The notes under the pieces: model-generated
Database searches by the model: none
What the model was told of the DNA's origin: nothing
The model's input: only the letters and a program-made list of their open reading frames with translations
Program-made: the position numbers and the translations under genes
In this document: one piece after another, positions 56,437 to 64,000 of the stretch
Position numbering within the stretch: the stretch's first letter is position 1
How the letters are laid out: each line of letters opens with the position of its first letter
DNA from: Candidatus Amesbacteria bacterium GW2011_GWB1_47_19
GTDB taxonomy: Bacteria > Patescibacteriota > Microgenomatia > CAZETR01 > Amesbacteraceae
NCBI GenBank assembly: GCA_001002325.1
Contig: LCNZ01000007.1
Location: forward strand, 91,410-155,409
Reading direction: 5' to 3'
DNA: 64,000 nt

Positions 56437-58863
56437 ATGAATAAAAATAAGCTTGAAACGGGACAAGGCTTCATAAGGAAGTGGGAGGAAAAGCAACTTT
56501 ATAAGGCTGAAGAAAATAAAAATAATAAGAAATATATTTTAATCGAGTTCCCGTATCCTTCAGGAGAGAGACTTCATGTAGGGCATGCCAGAAGCTACTG
56601 TTGTCTGGATGCGGTGGCAAGGTGGCTGAGAATGAAAGGGAGCAATGTTTTGTTTCCTTTCGGGTGGGACGCTTTCGGACTGCCGGCAGAAAATTACGCT
56701 ATCAAGACAGGAGTACATCCGTCTGTTACTACCAGGGAAAATATTGACAACTCCAGCAAGCAGGCTAAAGATTGGGGACTATCATTTGACTGGAGCCGAG
56801 AGATAAACACTACCGATCCCGGGTACTACAAATGGACACAGTGGATTTTTGTGCAGATGTTTAAGAAGGGACTGGCTTACAAGGCTGAAATTCCGGTTAA
56901 CTGGTGCCCATCCTGCAAGATTAACCAGGCTAACGAGGAGGTGATAGACGGAAAGTGCGAAAGATGCGGAACTCCGGTAACCAGAAGAAATCAGTCACAA
57001 TGGTTGCTGGCTATTACCAAATATGCAGACAGACTGCTGGATGGCTTGAAAACCGTGAATTACAGGAGTGATATAGCTGCGCAGCAAGTGAATTGGATAG
57101 GGAGGAAAGAGGGAGCACAAATAAGATTCAAAATTCTGACGCAGTCAACGCTACGCGAGCAAAATTCAAATGACAAATATTTGGAAGCATTTACTACCAG
57201 GATTGATACTTTGTTCGGGGTAACGTTTGTAGTAATAGCCCCCGAAGTGGCGGATACCCTGGCGGAGATGGTGCCTGAAAGCAGGAAAGAGGAGGTGAAG
57301 GAGTATATAAGAGCGGCATTGAATAAAAGCGAAAGGGAGAGGAAACAAAAGAAGGAAAATACTGGGGTGGATACGGGACTTGTGGCGGAGAATCCGGCTG
57401 ACGGGAAGAAGATTCCGGTATGGGTGGCCGAGTATGTAATGACAGATGTAGGGACCGGAGTGGTGATGGGGGTTCCGGCACATGACGCCCGGGACTTGGA
57501 GTTTGCCCGCACATTCAAACTCCCGGTTATACCTGTAATCGAAGCCGGGAGGAGCGGGGAGTTATACGAGGGGGAGGGGAAGCTGGTTAATTCCGGCAGG
57601 TATAACGGAATGGACAGCATCCTGGCCAGAAGACAGATGACGAAAGACGGTTTGGGAAAATCCAGTGTGACATACCATTTGCGGGATTGGGTCTTTTCCA
57701 GACAACATTATTGGGGGGAACCGATACCCATGATTGAGTGTAAAAAGTGCGGATGGGTGCCCGTGCCTGAAAATCAGTTACCGGTAAAACTGCCTGAAGT
57801 AGAGAAATATCTGCCTACGGATACCGGGGAATCACCACTGGCACACATAGAGGAATGGGTAAATACCACCTGTCCCAATTGCGGCGGGCCAGCTGAGAGA
57901 GAGACGGATACCATGCCTAACTGGGCTGGTTCATCCTGGTATTTCCTGAGGTTTTGTGATCCGCACAATGATAATCAGCTGGCCGACAAGAAGAAGCTGA
58001 AATACTGGCTGCCGGTCGATTTGTATAACGGGGGAATGGAACATACGACATTGCATTTGCTGTACTCGAGGTTTTGGCATAAGTTTCTGTTTGATATCGG
58101 AGTAGTGCCGATCCCGGAACCTTTTGATAAGCGGACCAGCCATGGTGTAATTTTGGGCTCTGACAACCGGAAGATGAGTAAAAGCCGGGGGAACGTAATT
58201 AACCCTGATGAGATTGTCTCCAAATATGGCGCAGATACACTTAGGATGTATGAAATGTTTATCGGCCCTTTTGAGCAAACGGTAGTGTGGAGTATCGAGT
58301 CCCTTGAGGGGGTATACAGGTTTTTGAAAAGGATCAGGGTGCTGGCGGAGGGAACCGGGCACAAGAGCGGGTCTGAGGAAGCGGGATCCAAATTGGCAGA
58401 ATTAGCTGTCAGGATAGGCAGAGATTTAGAGGTGATGAAATTTAATACGGCAGTGGCTGCGATGATGGAGTTTGCCAACTGGTGGGGAGAACATAAGGCT
58501 GAAATGGGGATTGATGAAGCCAGGGATTTCATAAAAATACTGGCACCGATGGCTCCGTTCATGGCAGAAGAGTTGTGGCAGCGCTTGAATGGGGAGAGTG
58601 ATAAAAAGATGTTTGTGTCGGTACACCAACAGGGATGGCCTGAATCAACAGTGGTTCGCGACTTTAATATAACGGTAACGTTGGCAGTTCAAGTGAACGG
58701 AAAAGTAAGAGCTCTGATGGAAAGCCACAAAGCGGACGAGGAGGAGAGGGTAAGAGAGAAGGCACTGCAATTGGAGAATGTCAGAAAATACACTGAAGGC
58801 AAGAAGTGTAAAGTGATATTTGTGCCCGGGAAGGTAATCAATTTTGTAATTTCCGATGATTGA
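56437..58863 (+). CDS. leuS: Leucine--tRNA ligase
   Basis: FPYPSG.LHVGH, GWDAFGLPAEN, KMSKS. Confidence 0.97.
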   Translation: MNKNKLETGQGFIRKWEEKQLYKAEENKNNKKYILIEFPYPSGERLHVGHARSYCCLDAVARWLRMKGSNVLFPFGWDAFGLPAENYAIKTGVHPSVTTRENIDNSSKQAKDWGLSFDWSREINTTDPGYYKWTQWIFVQMFKKGLAYKAEIPVNWCPSCKINQANEEVIDGKCERCGTPVTRRNQSQWLLAITKYADRLLDGLKTVNYRSDIAAQQVNWIGRKEGAQIRFKILTQSTLREQNSNDKYLEAFTTRIDTLFGVTFVVIAPEVADTLAEMVPESRKEEVKEYIRAALNKSERERKQKKENTGVDTGLVAENPADGKKIPVWVAEYVMTDVGTGVVMGVPAHDARDLEFARTFKLPVIPVIEAGRSGELYEGEGKLVNSGRYNGMDSILARRQMTKDGLGKSSVTYHLRDWVFSRQHYWGEPIPMIECKKCGWVPVPENQLPVKLPEVEKYLPTDTGESPLAHIEEWVNTTCPNCGGPAERETDTMPNWAGSSWYFLRFCDPHNDNQLADKKKLKYWLPVDLYNGGMEHTTLHLLYSRFWHKFLFDIGVVPIPEPFDKRTSHGVILGSDNRKMSKSRGNVINPDEIVSKYGADTLRMYEMFIGPFEQTVVWSIESLEGVYRFLKRIRVLAEGTGHKSGSEEAGSKLAELAVRIGRDLEVMKFNTAVAAMMEFANWWGEHKAEMGIDEARDFIKILAPMAPFMAEELWQRLNGESDKKMFVSVHQQGWPESTVVRDFNITVTLAVQVNGKVRALMESHKADEEERVREKALQLENVRKYTEGKKCKVIFVPGKVINFVISDD

Positions 58864-59401
58864 TGTCAGGAAATGGGAGATACTACTGGCTGTAATAGGT
58901 GTAACTTTGGTGGGAGCGGGGGTATTTTGGTGGAAAGGCGGGGGAAATACCCAACCCGAGGTGGAGATAATTACCGAGTCGGAGACAACCGGGGTAACTG
59001 TAGACGTGTCAGGGGCGGTGGTGAAGCCCGGAGTTTACCAGCTTAACGCACAATCAAGAGTGGAAGAAGCTCTGACAGCTGCCGGCGGGTTAACTTCTGA
59101 GGCTGATTTGGTGTGGGTGGATAAGAATGTCAACAGGTCTGCCAAGCTGGTAGACGGGGCCAAGATATATATTCCACCGGCCGGAGAGCAGTCGGGACTT
59201 CAGATCCGGATGAGCCAGGAGCAGGTGAATTTGAACTCGGCTTCTCAATCGCAACTTGAGGAGTTGCCGGGGATAGGGCCGGTGACAGCGGAAAAAATTA
59301 TTTCCGGCCGGCCGTACATGAGACCGGAGGAGTTGATAGAGCGAAAAATACTGACTAGAAAGGTGTGGGACCAAATTCAGGATAAAATAAGTTTGTGGTG
59401 A
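58856..59401 (+). CDS. comEA: ComEA family DNA-binding protein
   Basis: TM, SLBB VDVSGAVVKPGVY, HhH LPGIGPVTA. Confidence 0.92.
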   Translation: MIDVRKWEILLAVIGVTLVGAGVFWWKGGGNTQPEVEIITESETTGVTVDVSGAVVKPGVYQLNAQSRVEEALTAAGGLTSEADLVWVDKNVNRSAKLVDGAKIYIPPAGEQSGLQIRMSQEQVNLNSASQSQLEELPGIGPVTAEKIISGRPYMRPEELIERKILTRKVWDQIQDKISLW

Positions 59402-60603
59402 AATGGCTGTTTTTAACGGGGTTGGTGATTCTGGCCGGGGTACGGGTGTTTATAGCAGACAGAGGCAGGTCTGTGGTAAAGGAAGGGGACAAAATAAGAA
59501 TCAGGTTTGTCCTGACGAGTGAGCCTTACTCCAGGTATGGAAAAAGTTATGTGAGGTACAAAACCGGTTTTGAATCGGGTGTGGAAATAGAAATACCGAA
59601 GAATGCGGAATATGCAGACAGAATTGTGGCTGAAGGCAGATTGGAAGGAGGGAAGCTGCGGGATGTAAAATCGGCAGTTGTCACAAGCACCGGGGGGTGG
59701 ATAAAAAGGGTATATGATCTGAGGATAAAATTATCCGGAAGGATCCAGTCCTGGTTGGGGGGAGATGAAGGGGCTTTGGCGGCGGGGATATTGATGGGGG
59801 GGAGCGGCAGCTTTACGGCTGAAGGCAAAGAAAATTTCAGAAAGACGGGATTACTACACGTGGTAGCGGCCTCCGGTTATAATGTAAGTGTAGTGGCCGG
59901 GTGGGCAATGGTGGCGGGTGCAGGCTGGCTGGGGAGGCGACGGGTGATTATATTTGTTATATTAAGTATTGTTTTGTATGTAATTATGGCAGGAGCAGGA
60001 GCTGCTGTGATCAGGGCGGGGATTATGGGTATTTTGACTTGGACAGGATTGGCTTACGGGCGAAAAAGTGATGCGGGGTGGATGCTGGTCCTGGCAGCAT
60101 TGGGAATGGTGATGGTAAAACCGGAGTGGTGGTGGGATGTCGGATTTCAATTGTCGGTGACAGCAACGGCCGGACTGGTGTGGCTGTATCCGGTATTTGA
60201 CCGACGCAGGATGATCAGAGCGCGATGGTTGGAATGGTTGGAAAAGGATATTAAGGTATCTATGGCTGCATATATAGCTACACTACCTCTGATACTGCAT
60301 CATTTTGGGAACGTGAGCGTCATAGCACCGGCTATTAATGCGCTGGTGTTGTGGGTGGTACCACCGGTGATGCAGTTAACTGCGCTGGCTGTGGCAATAG
60401 GGTTTTTTATACCCACTGCCGGACAGGTGATTTCCTGGTTGTGCTGGCCGCTGGTCAGATATATGACGGGAGTGGTTAACATGGCTGCCGGATGGGAATG
60501 GGCCGGTTGGGAAAGGGGCAGTCTGGATTGGTTATGGGTAGCGGGGTATTATCTGGTGCTGTTGTTAATGATCAGAATTGCCCGGCCGCTTAATCGGGAA
60601 TGA
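59395..60603 (+). CDS. comEC: ComEC/Rec2 competence channel (membrane part)
   Basis: TGLLHVVAASGYNV, IRAGIM, DVGFQLS. Confidence 0.92.
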   Translation: MVKWLFLTGLVILAGVRVFIADRGRSVVKEGDKIRIRFVLTSEPYSRYGKSYVRYKTGFESGVEIEIPKNAEYADRIVAEGRLEGGKLRDVKSAVVTSTGGWIKRVYDLRIKLSGRIQSWLGGDEGALAAGILMGGSGSFTAEGKENFRKTGLLHVVAASGYNVSVVAGWAMVAGAGWLGRRRVIIFVILSIVLYVIMAGAGAAVIRAGIMGILTWTGLAYGRKSDAGWMLVLAALGMVMVKPEWWWDVGFQLSVTATAGLVWLYPVFDRRRMIRARWLEWLEKDIKVSMAAYIATLPLILHHFGNVSVIAPAINALVLWVVPPVMQLTALAVAIGFFIPTAGQVISWLCWPLVRYMTGVVNMAAGWEWAGWERGSLDWLWVAGYYLVLLLMIRIARPLNRE

Positions 60604-61445
60604 GCAGTCAAATTTTGAAGTTACTGATCTTGGCGGCTGTCACCGTGTGGACTGCGGTGGGGGTAATGCCGGACGGAAAACTTCATGTAGTGGTTTGCGA
60701 TGTGGGTCAGGGGGATGCCATTTTAATCATCCGGGGCACATCACAAATACTGGTAGACGGTGGTCCGGGGAGGGAAGTATTGGGGTGCCTGGCGGATCAT
60801 ATACCTTTTTATGACCGGAGATTGGAAGCGGTGGTGCTGACACATCCCCAGTCGGACCATTATGGCGGCCTATCTTATGTCTTTGAAAGTTATAGAGTGT
60901 TACTGTTTGTTAGTGGTCCGGAGGGGAGTAATTCGGGTGAATTTGAAAAATTGACTAAAATGATCAGGGATTCGGGAGCGAAACAGGCAAATTTATACGC
61001 GGGCGAGGAGATGAAAGTTGACGGGATAAATTTTACGGTAGTGTGGCCGACGCGGGAGTATATGGTTTTGGGGGCGGAAAGTGACGGGACAGATGTGAAT
61101 GCTTTCGCGATAACCGGAGTAGTGAAATACGGTGATTTTGACATGCTATTGACCGGGGATGCAGATAGCCAAGTGCAAGATGACCAGCTGAGGGGGGGGA
61201 GAATCGGGGACGTGGATGTACTGAAAGTGCCGCATCATGGGGGAAAAGCGGCAATGAACGGAAACTGGCTGGGACGGATAAGTCCGGAGCTGGCTGTGAT
61301 TTCGGTAGGTAAAAATAACAGTTATGGCCACCCCAGGCAGGAAACATTAAAATTGTTGACCGAAGCGGGAGTAAAAGTGATGAGAACAGATTCAGACGGA
61401 GATGTGGAAGTGGTCAGTGACGGCAAAAGGTGGTGGGTGAAATAG
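60600..61445 (+). CDS. ComEC-associated MBL-fold metallo-hydrolase
   Basis: DVGQGDA, THPQSDHYGG, LTGD, KVPHHG, NSYGHP. Confidence 0.92.
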   Translation: MSSQILKLLILAAVTVWTAVGVMPDGKLHVVVCDVGQGDAILIIRGTSQILVDGGPGREVLGCLADHIPFYDRRLEAVVLTHPQSDHYGGLSYVFESYRVLLFVSGPEGSNSGEFEKLTKMIRDSGAKQANLYAGEEMKVDGINFTVVWPTREYMVLGAESDGTDVNAFAITGVVKYGDFDMLLTGDADSQVQDDQLRGGRIGDVDVLKVPHHGGKAAMNGNWLGRISPELAVISVGKNNSYGHPRQETLKLLTEAGVKVMRTDSDGDVEVVSDGKRWWVK

Positions 61446-61459
61446 TATAATTATTAAGT

Positions 61460-61954
61460 ATGCGTGTTTGGGCTAAGTGGGTGAGGGTGACAGGAATGAT
61501 ATTCGGAATCGGTTTTTGCGGTTTTCTTTTCAGTAAATATGTGTTTGATTTGCGGGGTTTGGTGGGATTGTTGGGGCGTGAATCCTGTTCCAGACGAGTG
61601 AACTTTGATTTGGATAAGAAATATCCGGTGACTGACATTTGGGATAAAGCCCGGATGGCTGGTTATAGTTTGGAAGAAGGTGATACAGAGCCGATGATGA
61701 GGAATTTGGCTACGTTGGGTGCGAGTATCGTGGTGGAGTTGTCCGGTAAAAGATATGATTTGGGTTTTTGGCATAAAGGCGGGATGACAGTCAGGGATGT
61801 GACAGGAGATGTTGAGGGGAAATATATCTGCTTCGTTCCGGAATGGATTATCAGATCTGACTTGAACGGGATATTCCGTAAAATGGGGGTGGGGTTGGAT
61901 ATGCGATTGGGGATTGAGGTCGAGCATTTTTATAAAATCCTGCCTTTACTTTAG
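61460..61954 (+). CDS. Hypothetical protein with N-terminal TM
   Basis: TATAAT 8 nt upstream; co-directional with its neighbours. Confidence 0.55.
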   Translation: MRVWAKWVRVTGMIFGIGFCGFLFSKYVFDLRGLVGLLGRESCSRRVNFDLDKKYPVTDIWDKARMAGYSLEEGDTEPMMRNLATLGASIVVELSGKRYDLGFWHKGGMTVRDVTGDVEGKYICFVPEWIIRSDLNGIFRKMGVGLDMRLGIEVEHFYKILPLL

Positions 61955-61957
61955 GGT

Positions 61958-63079
61958 ATGAGGATCGGGGTTGATGCCAGCAGGGCGTTTGTGCCTGACA
62001 GGACCGGGACGGAGGAGTATTCGTGGCAGATAATAAAGCATATTTTAGCTTTGCCGGAGGCGCGGAAGCATGAGTGGATACTTTATGTTAAACCAAATTT
62101 TCAATTTTCAATTTTCAATTTTCAATCAATTCCAAATGTTCAAATTTTGAAAATTCAAATCCCGTATTTGTGGACGCAGGTGGGGTTGGTATGGCGGACG
62201 TGGGTGGACAGGCTGGATGTGCTATGGATTCCGGCACATACCTTGCCCGTACTGCGAAAACCAGGGATAAAAACCATTGTTACCATCCACGGGATTGAGT
62301 ATGAATGGCTGCCGGCGTATGAAAATGCCCTACAGCGATGGTATTTACCGCTCAGTACTCAGTACGCAGTGCTCAGTGCTCATAAAATAATAGCCGTGAG
62401 TGAATTTACCAAGCGGCAGTTAGTGGAAAGGTTGGGGGCGGAGGAAAGGAAGATTGAGGTTGTTTACGAAGGAGTTGAGACAAATTTTCAATTTTCAATT
62501 ACCAATTTTCAATCAATTTTGAAAAAATTCAAATTACAAAGTAAAAAGTACCTGTTGTTTGTGGGGACGATACAGCCGAGGAAAAATTTGGAAAGACTTA
62601 TTGAGGCATTTTCAGTACTCAGTACTCAGTGCTCAGTGCTCAATCTCAAGTTAGCCATAGCTGGGAAGTGGGGGTGGAATTATGATGGCGTGAAGCAGGC
62701 TCCGGTTAAGTTTGGGGTGGAGGACCAGGTGGAGTTCACCGGCTTTGTGGATGAACAGGAGAAGAAAATACTTCTGCAGAATTGCCTGGTATATGTCCAG
62801 CCGAGTATTACTGAAGGGTTCGGATTGCCGGTGTTGGAGGCTTTTGCAGCCGGGGTACCCGTTGTGTCCTCGTCCGGCGGGGCTTTAGGAGAGATAACGG
62901 CTGACAGCGGGCAGCTGTTTGACCCCGAATCGGCGGTAGACATGGCAGAAAAATTGAAGGCAGTGGTAAGAAACGGAAAGCTCCGGCGGGAATTGGTCCG
63001 GAAGGGGAGGGAAAGAATCAAAAAGTTCAGTTGGTCAATGGCTGCAGAAAAAACCTTAAAGATTATCGATGGCTTATAG
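61958..63079 (+). CDS. GT4 family glycosyltransferase containing four heptamer arrays
   Basis: FVGTIQPRKNL and EGFGLPVLEA; arrays at 62096, 62351, 62483 and 62611. Confidence 0.93.
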   Translation: MRIGVDASRAFVPDRTGTEEYSWQIIKHILALPEARKHEWILYVKPNFQFSIFNFQSIPNVQILKIQIPYLWTQVGLVWRTWVDRLDVLWIPAHTLPVLRKPGIKTIVTIHGIEYEWLPAYENALQRWYLPLSTQYAVLSAHKIIAVSEFTKRQLVERLGAEERKIEVVYEGVETNFQFSITNFQSILKKFKLQSKKYLLFVGTIQPRKNLERLIEAFSVLSTQCSVLNLKLAIAGKWGWNYDGVKQAPVKFGVEDQVEFTGFVDEQEKKILLQNCLVYVQPSITEGFGLPVLEAFAAGVPVVSSSGGALGEITADSGQLFDPESAVDMAEKLKAVVRNGKLRRELVRKGRERIKKFSWSMAAEKTLKIIDGL

Positions 63080-63290
63080 TCAGTTATTAGCATCCTGTAG
63101 TATATATCAATTATAATACCTAAATTTTGTGGTTTATCTGTGTATATCTGTATCATTTAGATTAGAATGTTTGTAGAAGGAATTGTGTACAAGACTTTTG
63201 ACATCAGATGATGGATGTTAAATATTAAGGGCCGATAGTTAATCATTGAAATTGTGCTTTTCAGGGTAGGTAACTATAATGGGAAGGGAT

Positions 63291-64000
63291 ATGACCTTTG
63301 GAGGTAAAAAACGCGAAGCTGGGGGGGATGTAATGGGCCTTGCCATGGCAAATTTATGGGGGTGGAAGATATCTGGCGCTCCTATAGATAGAGTGATAAA
63401 TAATATTGTTTATGAATTAAGTAAAAAAGACTATGTAAAGCCATATTTTGTGGTTACAGCTTATTCAGAGACTTTTTTAGAAACAGAGAAGAATCCGGAG
63501 TTTAAGAAAGCCATAGCGGGAGCGGACCTGGTACTGGCTGACGGGGTAAGTTTGCGGGCGGCGATGGATTTTAACAGGCATCGAACAGGTGACCTAGCAG
63601 GTGATTTTTTCCGGGGACTTCAGGTAGGAAGAGATATTTTGTCGGGAAAGTACCGGGGAGGGACGACGGGAGTGGAGTTAATGCGGCAGCTGATAAAATT
63701 GTCCGGAAAAAAGAGGCTGAAGGTGTTTATGCTGGGTGGTTGGGGCGGAGTGGCCGGTAGACTGGTGAAGCGATTAACGATTAACGATTCTCGATTAACG
63801 ATTGACTGGGAAGGGGGGCCGGAGAAGATAGAGATGGAGAAAGAGATAGAGAACAGCAGAATTATGGATAGGATAAATAAGTTCAGACCGGATTTGTTGT
63901 TTGTGAGCTTCGGTAGATTCAAACAGGAGGTGTGGATTGCCAATAACCTGGTGAAGTTGAAGACGAAAGTGGTAATGGGGGTGGGAAGCAGCTTTGACGA
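63291..64000 (+). CDS. WecB/TagA/CpsF family glycosyltransferase (3' partial)
   Basis: Frame from ATG 63291 reads VVTAYSE, ADLVLADG, TGVELM, VFMLGG, PDLLFVSFG..KQEVWI, MGVG; runs off the window. Confidence 0.88.
   Translation, partial: MTFGGKKREAGGDVMGLAMANLWGWKISGAPIDRVINNIVYELSKKDYVKPYFVVTAYSETFLETEKNPEFKKAIAGADLVLADGVSLRAAMDFNRHRTGDLAGDFFRGLQVGRDILSGKYRGGTTGVELMRQLIKLSGKKRLKVFMLGGWGGVAGRLVKRLTINDSRLTIDWEGGPEKIEMEKEIENSRIMDRINKFRPDLLFVSFGRFKQEVWIANNLVKLKTKVVMGVGSSFD

Overview
This 64 kb window looks like core chromosome from a reduced-genome bacterium, most likely Patescibacteria/CPR (Microgenomates-like). That assignment is inferred from intron-laden, shortened rRNAs, leaderless genes and gene content. 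The 16S gene is unlinked from a tRNA-Ala–23S–5S unit, and five group I introns (one in 16S, four in 23S) each encode a LAGLIDADG endonuclease. The window also holds four tRNAs, pyrG, rpsA, radA, rho, leuS, a mevalonate decarboxylase/isopentenyl-phosphate kinase pair, a sortase with an NPKTG substrate, comEA/comEC, and glycosyltransferases. A peptidoglycan cluster (murF, alr, ddl, murB, murA, murD, murL, murC, mraY, murE) is interrupted by three type II toxin-antitoxin pairs. The least explained signals are: (i) heptamer arrays and BoxC-like palindromes inserted in frame into essential proteins, with stop-avoiding substitutions; (ii) a convergent sRNA/small-peptide locus after radA with a par/fst-like direct repeat; (iii) sigma70 promoters inside the introns driving leaderless endonuclease ORFs; (iv) an attenuator-like leader before tRNA-Ala–23S; (v) a RAYT-like transposase lacking its catalytic Tyr beside a membrane-anchored integrase DNA-binding domain. 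All calls come from reading motifs by eye; no database searches were run.
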